64,000 nucleotides of DNA from Candidatus Latescibacterota bacterium (GCA_965219455.1 OZ244744.1:352001-416000); one strand, 5' to 3'; shown: positions 1 through 10,520, numbered from the stretch's first letter. Notes: generated from the sequence alone by a model not told the origin. Program-made: numbers and translations.

Positions 1-993
1 GTCCGGCAACGTCTTTTCCCGCCAACTGTTCCGCGGGTGGGTCTCCACCAGTTGATGGGTCTGCATACCGGTGGCGGTTTCGCTCCGGGTGACGGACCGT
101 GCGAGTCTGTAGAACGTCCTCAGATTACGTTTGAGGTGTTTTTCCGTAACCGGATGCCTCGCGTACCAGACCGAACCCGGCATCGAGGGATCGCCCGGTC
201 CCCATCCCAGGACATAGTCGTTGTTGACCTGGATACCCCACCGCGCCAACAGCGATTCCAGGCCCGTATCACCACCGGGGTCGAGTAAAAAAAACCCGGA
301 TCCGCCTCCGGCCAGATAGCTGCGGATCGAATCCGCTTCGATCCCGGAAAATGCTGCTGTCGGACCGGCCACGATCAGCAGATCGCAATCGGCCGGCACA
401 CCCTTCCCGGCATCCAGAACGAGTGTATCACGAACCACGTATCCGACCTCACGCAATGCCTGCCCGACGCGGATGAAATCGCCTTCCGGGGCCTTTAGTG
501 ACCGCTCTCCATGCCCCACAGAGAAATAGACGGTTTTCTCCCGCTTCCGGACCACCTTGGCAACCGCATTGGTCAGATGATTTTCCTCGGTTCCTGCAAC
601 GCGCTCTTCCCGTCCATCCGACATCACCACCGAGATCCGCGACTTTTCCACCCTGTATCGCCTGGCAGATCCGGGCTGTACGGCCGGATCGACCATTGTA
701 TAGGTGAAACGGCCCGAGTGGTAGGCGTAGTTTTCGAGCCTTTCCTTGAACTCGGCCGCCTGCGGGTCGGTTTCGTGGAAAAACGCAATGACGTGCACAT
801 CCGTCGTCAGAGAATCCAGCAGCGTCGCGGTCTGATCGGACAGGCTGTGCATTCCACCCTCGGTAATGTCAATCCGATGATGATAGCGCGTGGCGAGGAA
901 GTTGATCGTGACCAGGCTCGCAAGCAACGCGAGGACGGCAACCAGCGTACTCGAACCGTACTTCACCACGCGTGTCCTTGAAGAACCGGTCAT
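1..993 (-). CDS. GldG-family ABC transporter auxiliary/periplasmic component (partial, runs off window start)
   Basis: Manual translation from ATG at 993: MTGSSRTRVVKYGSSTLVAVLALLASLVTINFLATRYHHRIDITEGGMHSLSDQT. The N-terminal TM plus 'D.T....SLS..T' is typical of GldG. Lies directly after the GldF-like permease. Confidence 0.8.
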   Translation of the reverse strand, partial: MTGSSRTRVVKYGSSTLVAVLALLASLVTINFLATRYHHRIDITEGGMHSLSDQTATLLDSLTTDVHVIAFFHETDPQAAEFKERLENYAYHSGRFTYTMVDPAVQPGSARRYRVEKSRISVVMSDGREERVAGTEENHLTNAVAKVVRKREKTVYFSVGHGERSLKAPEGDFIRVGQALREVGYVVRDTLVLDAGKGVPADCDLLIVAGPTAAFSGIEADSIRSYLAGGGSGFFLLDPGGDTGLESLLARWGIQVNNDYVLGWGPGDPSMPGSVWYARHPVTEKHLKRNLRTFYRLARSVTRSETATGMQTHQLVETHPRNSWREKTLPD

Positions 994-996
994 TTT

Positions 997-1773
997 CTAT
1001 TGCCTCCAGCGGCGCGATTCAAGCGCAGTGTATGTCAGAAACAGAAAGAAAAATGTAAAACTCAGAAAAAAAATCACGTCGCTGCTGTCGAATACACCCC
1101 GCGCCATATCCCTCGTGTGATCGATCAACGAAAGATAGAAAAGAACGGTTGCCCATTCCCGACCGATGAGTTCGGGCGAATACGGCACCACGAAGAGAAG
1201 AAGAAGAAGAACAAATGCGATGACGACCGCGACGATCTGTTTATCGGTGAGCGAGGATGCCAGAATGCCCACACTGATGAACGACCCTCCCAGCAATAGT
1301 ACGGCGACACAGGCGGACAGCACCCGGGCCCAATTCAGATCGCCGTAAAACGACACGACAAAGATCAACGAGAGAAGCAACAGTTCAATAATGACATACA
1401 GCCCGAGACAGGCCGCGAATTTGCCGAGTATGACCTGCCACGTGGTCAGCGGCGACGTCATCAGGAGTTCGATCGTCCCGGAACTCTTCTCCTCCGCGAA
1501 TAGTCGCATCGTCAGCATTGGCGTCACGACGAGCCAGACGAGACACTGGCTGAGGAAAAAGTGGAACACGACGTCCTCGTTCACGTTCGGCGGATCGACG
1601 CCATGCTCCTGATGCTGAAATGTATAATTCAGGCATTTGGCGCGAAATTCCACAACGTCATTCTGGAAAAGATAACCCATCAGTACGAGGAACCCCGTAG
1701 CAACCACGTAGGCGATCGGCGAGCCGAAATAGGAACGCGTTTCTTTCCAGAAAATCGCGGCGATATTTCCCAT
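997..1773 (-). CDS. ABC-2 type permease (GldF-like)
   Basis: 258 aa, multiple TM segments, 'KETRSYFGSPIAY' and 'MRLFAEEKSSGTIELLMTSP' motifs. Confidence 0.9.
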   Translation of the reverse strand: MGNIAAIFWKETRSYFGSPIAYVVATGFLVLMGYLFQNDVVEFRAKCLNYTFQHQEHGVDPPNVNEDVVFHFFLSQCLVWLVVTPMLTMRLFAEEKSSGTIELLMTSPLTTWQVILGKFAACLGLYVIIELLLLSLIFVVSFYGDLNWARVLSACVAVLLLGGSFISVGILASSLTDKQIVAVVIAFVLLLLLFVVPYSPELIGREWATVLFYLSLIDHTRDMARGVFDSSDVIFFLSFTFFFLFLTYTALESRRWRQ

Positions 1774-2708
1774 CAGGGGCTTGCCTCCTCGCGGGTTGTC
1801 AATTCGTGGAAAATATCCTCCAATCTGGCCGTAATCGGTCTCAATTCCACGAGCCCCAGATTGCGTTCTACCAGCCTGGCCGCAATCGACGGACGCATAT
1901 CGGTTTCGCCGGACACGTCGACCTGTAACGCCAGGTTGTCGCTTGACCTTATGACACTGACGACACCCGGGACACCCCCGATGGCTTCCGCGGCAACATC
2001 CAGGTTTCCCGACACCGCCACGTAATACCGCCGGGTGCCCGACGCCCCCGCTGTCAGGTTTGCCGGCGTGTCCACGGCCGCAATCTGTCCCCTGTTGATA
2101 ATGATTACGCGATCGCAGGTCATTTCTACCTCGGGCAGAATGTGCGTGCTCAGAATCACCGTGTGTTCCCGGCCCAATCCGCGGATCACGCGGCGTATTT
2201 CCTGGATCTGGTTGGGATCCAGTCCGATGGTCGGTTCATCCAGGATAATCACGTCCGGATCGTGCAGAATGGCCTGGGCGATTCCGACGCGTTGCCGATA
2301 GCCCTTTGACAGCTGGCCGATAAGCTGCTTCGCCCGTTCCGCAATCCCGCATCGTTCCATCGCGTCGTCCACCCGGGACCTGCGATTCCGTGACGGCACG
2401 CCCTTTATCTGCGCCACGAAATCCAGATACGACCGTACGTACATGTCATTGTAGACCGGCGGATGCTCCGGCAGGTACCCGATGCGCCTCTTGACCTCCA
2501 TCGGCTCGTCGAACACGTCGAAGCCGGCCACCCGGGCGGTGCCCAGCGTGGCCGGCTGATAACACGTAAGAATGCGCATTGTGGTGGTCTTGCCCGCGCC
2601 ATTGGGACCGAGAAATCCGACCACTTCTCCCTTCTCCACCCTGAACGTCAGGTCCTTGACCGCCACCAACGATCCGTATTGCTTGGTTACATGATCAACC
2701 TCGATCAC
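1773..2708 (-). CDS. ABC transporter ATP-binding protein (GldA-like)
   Basis: Walker A GPNGAGKT, signature LSKGYRQ, Walker B IILDEPT. Confidence 0.95.
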   Translation of the reverse strand: MIEVDHVTKQYGSLVAVKDLTFRVEKGEVVGFLGPNGAGKTTTMRILTCYQPATLGTARVAGFDVFDEPMEVKRRIGYLPEHPPVYNDMYVRSYLDFVAQIKGVPSRNRRSRVDDAMERCGIAERAKQLIGQLSKGYRQRVGIAQAILHDPDVIILDEPTIGLDPNQIQEIRRVIRGLGREHTVILSTHILPEVEMTCDRVIIINRGQIAAVDTPANLTAGASGTRRYYVAVSGNLDVAAEAIGGVPGVVSVIRSSDNLALQVDVSGETDMRPSIAARLVERNLGLVELRPITARLEDIFHELTTREEASP

Positions 2709-2718
2709 AACGGCCTCC

Positions 2719-3600
2719 CTATGCCGCGATCTGTTGCGCCCGTTTCCGGAAGAAACGCATCAGCGCGTCTATATAAGACACGTCTGTATGGATATGCACG
2801 CGGTCGATGCCAACGGAACGGAACAACTGCTCCCTCCGTTCCTCCAATTTGTCGTTCAACTGCCTGAACAGATACCGGAATTCCTGGTCGGACGTATCCA
2901 CGAGCATCTCCCGGCCCGTTTCCGCGTCTTCCACCTCTACGAGACCGACATCCGGCAATTCACGTTCCCGGGGATCCTGAAGCACAACCGCAATCAGATC
3001 GTGTCGCCGCCCGGATACCCGCAACGCAGCCTCATAGCCGGATGCCAGAAAGTCGGAAACCAGAAACACCACGCTCTTGCGTTTGTTGATCCGGTTGAGA
3101 TAGTCAAGCGCCGCGCCGATATCCGTACCACGCCGACTGGGCCTGAAGTACAACAATTCCCGTATCACGCGCAGCACGTGCCTCTTGCCCTTTTTCGGCG
3201 GTATAAACGCCTCCACATCGTCCGTGAAGATAATCAGGCCCACCCGATCGTTGTTCTGTATGGCCGAGAATGCCAGCAAGGCGCAAATCTCGACCCCGAT
3301 TTCGCCCTTCATCTGCGAGACCGTCCCGAAATCTCCGGACGCGCTTGCATCCACCATCAGCATGACCGTCAACTCGCGTTCTTCGTCGTACACCTTCACA
3401 AAGGGATGTCCCATCCGGGCGGTGACGTTCCAATCTATCGACCGGATATCGTCTCCCACCTGGTATTCACGCACCTCGGCAAACGCCATCCCCTGCCCTT
3501 TGAATACGGAATGGTACTCACCTGAAAACACCGTATCGACCAGGTGCCGCGTGCGCAGTTCGATGCGCCTGACTTTCTTGAGTATCTCGGCGGGAATCAT
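2719..3600 (-). CDS. DUF58 domain (vWA-like) protein
   Basis: 'FAEVREYQVGDDIRSIDWNVTAR' DUF58 motif; follows MoxR. Confidence 0.92.
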   Translation of the reverse strand: MIPAEILKKVRRIELRTRHLVDTVFSGEYHSVFKGQGMAFAEVREYQVGDDIRSIDWNVTARMGHPFVKVYDEERELTVMLMVDASASGDFGTVSQMKGEIGVEICALLAFSAIQNNDRVGLIIFTDDVEAFIPPKKGKRHVLRVIRELLYFRPSRRGTDIGAALDYLNRINKRKSVVFLVSDFLASGYEAALRVSGRRHDLIAVVLQDPRERELPDVGLVEVEDAETGREMLVDTSDQEFRYLFRQLNDKLEERREQLFRSVGIDRVHIHTDVSYIDALMRFFRKRAQQIAA

Positions 3601-3604
3601 CGCG

Positions 3605-4600
3605 TCAGGGCACCTCGACGTGATCGAAAATCCGGCGGAGAATGTCCTCCGAATCGACCTCCTCGGCTTCCGCTTCGTAGGTTACAATCACCCGGTGGCG
3701 GAGAATGTCCTGGCCCATGGCCTTCACGTCTTCCGGCGTTACGTATCCCCTGTGCCGCAAAAACGCGTGAGCCTTTGCCGCGCGCGTCAGGAAAATGGAG
3801 CCGCGCGGCGAACATCCATATTCTATCAGTGCGTTGAGATCCTGAATGCCGAAGGCCGCCGGATCCCGGGTTGCCAGCATCAAATTCACGATGTAGTCCT
3901 TGATCTTGTCGTCGACGTACACCCGGTCGACAACCCCGCGCGCGCGTATGATATCCTCGGGGCGGACCACGGGGTTTGCAGCCGGCGGTTCCCCGCCCTC
4001 CATCCGGTCGATTATTTCCCGCTCCTCTTCCCTCCGCGGATAGGTGACGCGGACCTTCATCATAAAGCGGTCCACCTGAGCCTCGGGAAGAGGGTAGGTT
4101 CCCTCCTGCTCGATGGGATTCTGGGTGGCCAGAACCAGAAACGGATCGTCCATCGGGAAGGTCTGATGGCCGATGGTCACCTGGCGCTCCTGCATTGCCT
4201 CGAGCATGGCGCTCTGAACCTTGGCGGGTGCCCTGTTCACTTCGTCGGCGAGCACAAGTTGCGCGAAAACCGGACCCTTTTTGGGTATAAACTCGCCGGT
4301 CGCCTGGTTGTATATCATGGTGCCGATCAAATCCGCGGGCAACAGATCGGGCGTGAACTGAATTCGGCTGAACGAAGCCTGGATGGCGCGCGCCAACGTG
4401 GTGACGGTTAACGTCTTTGCCAGACCGGGAACGCCCTCCAGCAACACGTGGCCGTTGCACAACAGCCCGATCAGCAGCCGTTCCACCATGGGCTGCTGGC
4501 CCACAATCACCCGGCCCACCTCGCCCGTCAGGCGCTGGACAAACGCGCTCTCCCGTTCCACTTCATCGTTCAGTTGCTGGATATCGGCTGCGATCATCAT
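3605..4600 (-). CDS. moxR: MoxR-family AAA+ ATPase
   Basis: 'LLEGVPGLAKT', 'RIQFTPDLLPAD', 'DEVNRAPAKVQSAMLEAMQE', 'ATQNPIEQEGTYPLPEAQVDRF'. Confidence 0.95.
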   Translation of the reverse strand: MMIAADIQQLNDEVERESAFVQRLTGEVGRVIVGQQPMVERLLIGLLCNGHVLLEGVPGLAKTLTVTTLARAIQASFSRIQFTPDLLPADLIGTMIYNQATGEFIPKKGPVFAQLVLADEVNRAPAKVQSAMLEAMQERQVTIGHQTFPMDDPFLVLATQNPIEQEGTYPLPEAQVDRFMMKVRVTYPRREEEREIIDRMEGGEPPAANPVVRPEDIIRARGVVDRVYVDDKIKDYIVNLMLATRDPAAFGIQDLNALIEYGCSPRGSIFLTRAAKAHAFLRHRGYVTPEDVKAMGQDILRHRVIVTYEAEAEEVDSEDILRRIFDHVEVP

Positions 4601-4775
4601 CGTTGAATCCTGAAATAGAAGACCGGACGGTTTCCGTTTACACCGATACCGCCCGGCTGTGTTCCCCTGAATGAAAAACGAGAAAACATGGCCTCACGAA
4701 CCGTCTGACAGCCGGAAACGGCGAGAGAAGTCGAAACGGGGCGCGGCAGCATGGATCTCATTCCGGACCTGACAG

Positions 4776-4944
4776 CTAGTGTCCTGTCCCAAAAATTCCT
4801 CACCATTCGTCCGGCGATTCATCCCGTCTCGCTACGTTCCCCTCGCTCGCCGACCTTACGCAGGTCGCCTGCGCTCTGGCGCCTTGCGAGCCGGGCGACT
4901 CGGCGGTCGAATTTAGGCAACTTATTTCCGGGACAGAACACTAG
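4776..4944. mobile_element. MITE-like element, CTAG-bounded, long copy (169 bp)
   Basis: CTAG at both ends; imperfect 17-bp inverted termini (tgtcctgtcccaaaaat / atttccgggacagaaca); homologous to 19524-19621. Confidence 0.8.
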
Positions 4945-4961
4945 TCACGCCCGCTCCCGAT

Positions 4962-5453
4962 TCAGTTTACCCTTGTGGTTGAGGTCGAATCGACGGGAAA
5001 CCACGCTTCGGGCGGCTTCCCGAGATTCCTGATCGAAATGGCGGCATCATCGTTTAATTCCGAATCCGGGAACATATCGATGACTTTCTGATAAGCTTCA
5101 CGTGCGCGTTGGTATTTCCCCTGGAGATCGTAGGCGTACCCAACCATGAACTGGGCCTGGTCCGCGTATCGGCTCTCCGGGAAACGCCGAACCAGTGTCT
5201 CATAAAACCCGATCGCCTCGTCAAATTTGTGTCGATTCAGCAGCACGCGGGCCAGCGCATGCAGGACCAGATCCGCCCTCGGGTCATCCGAATAAAAATC
5301 CAGGAATTTCTTGAGATGCGCCTGTGCCTCCGGATAGGTCGCCTCCTTGTGAGTTGCCGCCTCCCCTTTTGCAAAAAGCTCGTCCGCGGACTCGCGGGAG
5401 CACCCAAATGCAAGCGTCGCCGCTATTCCGAGAACCCATGTCCACCTGATCAT
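4962..5453 (-). CDS. TPR lipoprotein (BamD/YfiO- or CpoB-like)
   Basis: Start revised to ATG 5453 (MIRWTWVLGIAATLAFGC, lipobox); TPR repeats 'RRFPESRYADQAQF' and 'YQKVIDMFPDSEL'. Confidence 0.8.
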   Translation of the reverse strand: MIRWTWVLGIAATLAFGCSRESADELFAKGEAATHKEATYPEAQAHLKKFLDFYSDDPRADLVLHALARVLLNRHKFDEAIGFYETLVRRFPESRYADQAQFMVGYAYDLQGKYQRAREAYQKVIDMFPDSELNDDAAISIRNLGKPPEAWFPVDSTSTTRVN

Positions 5454-5772
5454 TCTGGATTTCCGCTCCTTCCTAATAAAAAAACACTTTAACCGAATTC
5501 CGGTTCCGGAATTTTCAACGCACAGCTCGCAGGCGTCGCGCCCGTTCCGACCCGGCACCGGCAAGACGCGCTTGAACGCGTCGCGTTACCGGCCGTCACC
5601 CCAAACCCGTCGACTCCTGAAGGAAGCGTCCAGGCAATGACATGGACGCTTCCGTCCTCCGCAACATCGGAGGCAGATATCTATATCTTCTTTATTTTAT
5701 TGAGGATAATTCGAAGCAAGGGCGGAACGCAAATCTACAGATTTGCTCGCCGGGAGTCAAGCGTTTTTTGTC

Positions 5773-6873
5773 CTACGGTTCGCAAGCGGCATCTGTAGCA
5801 AAGGGCGCGCCCTTATCGGGCACATCCACCACGTAAATCTGGCTGCTGCCGGTTCGATCCGAGGTAAAGATGACCCGCTTCCCGTCGGGACTGAACGAGG
5901 GGTGTGGGTGGGACCACTGGGGTCCGTAAGTTTCAGGAACGGTCTTGTCGTCATCCGCGGGGACCGTGTCCGCCCACTGCGAACCCCCATTGGAACTGCC
6001 TGGAAAGCACAGCGTCTGGTGTTCCCCGGTCTTCGGATCGATAAGTTGCAACCCTATATCCGGACAGGTGGTGTCGCATACAATGAGGGATCCATCCGGA
6101 CGTGGCGAAGGATGCCAGACATTGAACGCGGCAATGGTCCGATCTTCGTCCTCCCCCGCCCTGATTGCCCGCAGGGCACAGGGCCAGTGTACGAACATCA
6201 CTTCATCGGAGCGGCCCAGAAACGTCTCGTGGGTAATCCATACCGACCTGTCGTGTTCAAACAGTGCGCGTTCGCCGCTTCCGTCAATCCTCACCTCCCA
6301 CATACGCTGATTCACGTCGCTCGAATACAGCATCAGGTCCGGATCGACCGGGCAGACCTGAACGTGGCCGACGGCGCGGGGCGGTTCACGCACCACGCGG
6401 TATCCGGACCCGTCTGTCTCCACGGCAACCACCGCCGAATATCCGTTTCGCTGCAATGAAGTCACCATGCGCGCACCATCCGCCGAGAGACTGCACCCGC
6501 CCGCGCTACCCCTACCGAAATCAGCGAGAACCGATTCCTTCAGTGTGTCCAAGTCCACGGCGCGTACCCTTCCGGCGGCATTGTAAAATACCCTGTTTCC
6601 GTCGCGTGCCGGGCAGGCGGCGAAGCCCCCGAACCCTTCCGTATCGGTCAACTGCGTTATCGCGCCACTGGCCTCGTCCATTTTGAAGAGGTTGGGTCGT
6701 CCGGAGCGATACGAGGTAAACACGATGGTTTTTCCGTCGGGCGTCCACGAGGGGTTCGAAAAGTACAGATTGTGATTGATCGCGGGATGATCCGTGATCT
6801 GACGGATGGATGCACCCGTTTTTTCGTCCGTCAGGGTTCTTGCCTCGGGAGGGAATGTGCGACCCTTACCCAT
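5773..6873 (-). CDS. Oligogalacturonate lyase-like / TolB-like beta-propeller protein
   Basis: 'MGKGRTFPPE...D..TG..I.QIT.....NHNLYF....WTPDG' and 'HPHPSFSPDGK' as in the Ogl family; GGAGG RBS before ATG 6873. Confidence 0.8.
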   Translation of the reverse strand: MGKGRTFPPEARTLTDEKTGASIRQITDHPAINHNLYFSNPSWTPDGKTIVFTSYRSGRPNLFKMDEASGAITQLTDTEGFGGFAACPARDGNRVFYNAAGRVRAVDLDTLKESVLADFGRGSAGGCSLSADGARMVTSLQRNGYSAVVAVETDGSGYRVVREPPRAVGHVQVCPVDPDLMLYSSDVNQRMWEVRIDGSGERALFEHDRSVWITHETFLGRSDEVMFVHWPCALRAIRAGEDEDRTIAAFNVWHPSPRPDGSLIVCDTTCPDIGLQLIDPKTGEHQTLCFPGSSNGGSQWADTVPADDDKTVPETYGPQWSHPHPSFSPDGKRVIFTSDRTGSSQIYVVDVPDKGAPFATDAACEP

Positions 6874-6912
6874 TCTCGACACCTCCGGGACTCGGAGTTT
6901 CATGGAAATCAA

Positions 6913-8112
6913 CTACCTCTTCGGAAAGAATACATCCACGCAAGCTTCCACGTCGAACGGATCGCACGCGTAATTCCGCACGAATTGTTCAAGAAGTCTC
7001 GTTTCTCTCGCCGTGGGTTCCTTCAACGGCAAGTCCACCGGTTTCCGACCCAGCCGCCCGGACTCCGCCACCGCCAATTCGATCTCGATGTCCTTCCGAG
7101 CCCGCCTCCCGTCATATCGGGTTGGCAGGTCGTCCAGAACCGCTCGTGCGACGCTGTCCATTTCTTCCACGATCGCCAACCCGCCCGGAGGCGTCCGGTA
7201 CTGAGGCCACGGATTCTCCCACACCAGCGGTGGGTCGGTCTCCACCACCATCCGGTCGAGCACCTGCATCCCATTCATTTCGCGCGTTTCCGTCCTGATC
7301 GGGCAGACGGTGGCGCGGCCACCATTCAGGCGCTGCGCTTCCGTGGTCGTATGCAACTCATCCTCCACGATCGTCCCCGTGGTACCGTCCACCTGAAACA
7401 ACGTTTTGCTCTTGCGCCCGAGCGCCCGTCCGTGATACATGGATGAATAGGACATCACGGCCAATGCCCCGTTCTCGAACTCGACCAGATCCATCGTCCA
7501 GTTTTCGGTTTCATACTGCCGGATTTCGCTGATATTTACCCTGGGAATCGGCGAATTCATCGTCAGGCCGGTGACCCGCACGGCCTCGGAATCGCACGCC
7601 ATCGCCCGTACATTGCTCACGATGTGATAGCCGCCCGTCTGAAAAAGGGAGAATACTCTCAGTACATCCCCGATGTATCCCGCCTCGATCGCTCGCCGCT
7701 TCATCAGATGTATAGGTTCCCGGCAAAACTGCTCCGCTACCTCCAGCTTCACCCCGCCTCGCTCGGCGGCTCCGATCAGGACGTCGGCGGTCTGCAACGT
7801 CGGAGAAATCGGGGTCTCCACGATGAGATTCACGCCTCGCTCGGCCAGGTACGCGCCGATGACGTGGTGTGAGTCGCCCGGCGTACTCACGGCCGCGATG
7901 TCCAGGTCTTCATTCGCCGCCAGATCCTGAACACGCGAATAAGCAGGGACCCCATATTCCGCGCCGACTGCGCGCGCTTTACCCGCATCCACGTCGCAAA
8001 CGGCGGCCAATTCGAAGACGTCCGACATCATCCGGATCAGGGGCAGCCGTACGCCCAGCCCGCGGCTGCCGCAGCCCACCTGCGCGATTCTCAATTTGCG
8101 TTCTCCGGCCAT
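6913..8112 (-). CDS. Gfo/Idh/MocA family oxidoreductase
   Basis: N-terminal Rossmann motif 'IAQVGCGSRG'; 'VETP' variant of the EKP motif. Confidence 0.88.
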   Translation of the reverse strand: MAGERKLRIAQVGCGSRGLGVRLPLIRMMSDVFELAAVCDVDAGKARAVGAEYGVPAYSRVQDLAANEDLDIAAVSTPGDSHHVIGAYLAERGVNLIVETPISPTLQTADVLIGAAERGGVKLEVAEQFCREPIHLMKRRAIEAGYIGDVLRVFSLFQTGGYHIVSNVRAMACDSEAVRVTGLTMNSPIPRVNISEIRQYETENWTMDLVEFENGALAVMSYSSMYHGRALGRKSKTLFQVDGTTGTIVEDELHTTTEAQRLNGGRATVCPIRTETREMNGMQVLDRMVVETDPPLVWENPWPQYRTPPGGLAIVEEMDSVARAVLDDLPTRYDGRRARKDIEIELAVAESGRLGRKPVDLPLKEPTARETRLLEQFVRNYACDPFDVEACVDVFFPKR

Positions 8113-8223
8113 TGCGACAACCCCTCATCGATAAGAAATGACAAGTGAGATACGAATCGAAGTATGTTTGCAATTTCGATGCCGCCAAACCCGCCTGATG
8201 GTATCCGAAAGACGCGATCCAAT

Positions 8224-8397
8224 TCAGATACCGAATAGACCCATCCACCGACGTGGGCGCCTCACACGCCTCTCTAAAAACGTCTCCAATCGGTCACGTT
8301 TCAGGACGATTTGGTCGGAAACGCTGGCGGTATCATCCAGGATCCAGTCCGGTATATCGCTCTTCATGCGACAGAAGTGCGATGGGCGATCATTCAC
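8224..8397 (-). CDS. Possible small hypothetical protein (57 aa)
   Basis: GTG start with GGAGG just upstream; no recognisable family. Confidence 0.3.
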   Translation of the reverse strand: MNDRPSHFCRMKSDIPDWILDDTASVSDQIVLKRDRLETFLERRVRRPRRWMGLFGI

Positions 8398-8449
8398 ACA
8401 GCCTCCGTCGTTATCCGATGCTTCCACCCTTGAGTACACCCTGCTGCTC

Positions 8450-10045
8450 CTATCGATCCACAAGCACACTCTCCACGTCGAACGCCGCGACGTTGCGGCT
8501 CTCCCGGCTGAACTCTACCGCGATCAGGTGGATGGGCTCTGCCCGGTCGCGGTACTTGTCGGCGTAATGCCGCGCTTTCAATTGCGCCATCGCAGCACCC
8601 TCGGGGGCCAACTCCACCACTTTGAATTCGAACAGGTACACGTTGTCGTTGAATAGCACCGCCATGTCCAAACAGCCGTGGCTGCTGCTGTCTTCTACCG
8701 TAATGTCAAGCCCGAGTGCCGCGAAATAGGAATAAAAAACGCTCGCGTAGTAGCCCTCGTAGCTGGCGATGTCGTTGTTTGTGTACCACTCGTAGGGAAT
8801 ACTGGCGAAGAATGCGTGGAACAGCGTCTTGAGCCCCTCAAAGTCGTTCGCCTCCAGCAGCCGGTACAAGCGGACGCTGTTCGCCATCTGGCGCGACGGG
8901 TTCTTGACGAGGAAGCGAAGGAGGCTTCGGTTAAGGCTCTGGCGCACCTCCCGGTTGGGGTAACCCAGCAGGTAAAGGGGCTCGCCACCCAGGTTCTCCT
9001 CATCGGTTACGGTCAGGTAGCCAGTCTGGAACAACAGGGCCTCGGTCGCAATGTCATCCACATCGAAGGCCGATAGCAAGTCGTTACTGCCCACCATCTT
9101 GTCGAGTTCCAGGGAACTGACACGGTGCTTGAACAGGGTCTCGATCAGGAATGTCGGCGTGCCGGTCTCAAACCAATAGGCGTCGAATCGGCGCTTGTCG
9201 AAGAGCAGGAGGATATCGAAAGGATTATAGACCTTCTCGTCACCCAGCCAACTATATCCATTGTACCATTCGCGGACCTTGTCCCGTTCCAGCCCAGGCA
9301 GTTCCGGCGCGAACACGGTGTCCAGGTCTGACTCGGTATAGCCGCATACGGCCGAATAGCGGGCATCCAGGGTGATGTCCCTGAGGTTATTCAGGCCAGA
9401 GAACAGGCTTACTTTTGAGAACTTGCTGACGCCGGTAAGGAAGGTGAACTTGACGTGCGCCTCGCTGTCCTTGATTGACGCGTACAGGCCGCGCAGGTAG
9501 TCGCGGTTGGCGCGTGCGACCTCCGGCACCTCGAGCGCATCCAGAATCGGCTTGTCGTATTCATCGACCAAAATGGCCACAGGATGTCCGGCACGATTGT
9601 GCAGCACCTCGACCAGATGCTTGAACCGTTCCGGGCCCGTGGAGTACACCCCTACGAGGCCCGCTCGACGTTCGACAGCGTCCAACTGCGCCATGAGATT
9701 CGTATGCAGGTAGCCCGGCTCCTTGAAATTGCCACTGCCAAAGCTCAGCCGCACGACCGGATAGGTAACAGACCAATCCCAATGGCCGTGGATGTCGAGT
9801 CCTTCGAACAGCACCTCGTTCGCCTCAAACAGTTCCTTTAAGGTGTCGAGAAAGAGGCTCTTTCCAAAGCGACGGGGTCGCGACAGAAAATAATGAGTGC
9901 CTTCGTCCACCATTCGCCGCATGTAAGCGGTTTTGTCGACATAATAGCAGTTCCCCTCCCGAATTTTGCGAAAGGTCTGAATGCCAATGGGCAGCTTGCG
10001 TCTGCCTGCCCGCTCCTCGAGTATGTTCGGACTCGGGTTGTTCAC
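8450..10045 (-). CDS. AAA-ATPase-like domain plus C-terminal PD-(D/E)XK nuclease-like (DUF1703) protein
   Basis: 'LPIGIQTF..IR....YYVDKT', 'SRPRRFGKS', 'LVDEYDKP', 'WYNGY', C-terminal 'LDM...FEFK'. Confidence 0.92.
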   Translation of the reverse strand: MNNPSPNILEERAGRRKLPIGIQTFRKIREGNCYYVDKTAYMRRMVDEGTHYFLSRPRRFGKSLFLDTLKELFEANEVLFEGLDIHGHWDWSVTYPVVRLSFGSGNFKEPGYLHTNLMAQLDAVERRAGLVGVYSTGPERFKHLVEVLHNRAGHPVAILVDEYDKPILDALEVPEVARANRDYLRGLYASIKDSEAHVKFTFLTGVSKFSKVSLFSGLNNLRDITLDARYSAVCGYTESDLDTVFAPELPGLERDKVREWYNGYSWLGDEKVYNPFDILLLFDKRRFDAYWFETGTPTFLIETLFKHRVSSLELDKMVGSNDLLSAFDVDDIATEALLFQTGYLTVTDEENLGGEPLYLLGYPNREVRQSLNRSLLRFLVKNPSRQMANSVRLYRLLEANDFEGLKTLFHAFFASIPYEWYTNNDIASYEGYYASVFYSYFAALGLDITVEDSSSHGCLDMAVLFNDNVYLFEFKVVELAPEGAAMAQLKARHYADKYRDRAEPIHLIAVEFSRESRNVAAFDVESVLVDR

Positions 10046-10160
10046 AATTTTACCTGGTTATTTCAGTCGGATTAAAATGGATGTTGAATGGTCGCGCTCC
10101 ACCTCTGTCACGGACGATTCAATTCTTGTTAGACGTTTCGGTCTCTATTTTCATCCCTTT

Positions 10161-10520
10161 TTAGTGTCCCGAGGACGTTGCTGACTGAATCACAATAACC
10201 TTCTTGGCGCTCCCGCTCTCCGGCCAATCGATATGAATACTCACGTCGCAGTTTAAACGCTCAAGGAACCGCATCAGGCGTTCGACGCTGTAATAGGAGA
10301 ACCTGCCGCTCTTGAGCCTGGAGATCTCCGGTTGCCTTACTCCCATAATCCTCGCGGCTTCTGTCTGAGTCAGCTTTGGATGTTCGAGAATACGGAAGAT
10401 CTCCGCACCAAGTTCGGCTTTGAGCAATTCCTCTTTTGTCTCCTCGTGGTTGAATCCCAGGTCTGTAAAGACGTTGCCGCTACCCTCTTCGACCTTAATG
10501 TCCTCGTCCACGGTCTTCAC
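10161..10520 (-). CDS. XRE-family HTH protein (HigA-like antitoxin), no adjacent toxin
   Basis: 'GSGNVFTDLG' N-terminus and 'LTQTEAARIMGVRQPEISRL' HTH. Confidence 0.85.
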   Translation of the reverse strand: MKTVDEDIKVEEGSGNVFTDLGFNHEETKEELLKAELGAEIFRILEHPKLTQTEAARIMGVRQPEISRLKSGRFSYYSVERLMRFLERLNCDVSIHIDWPESGSAKKVIVIQSATSSGH

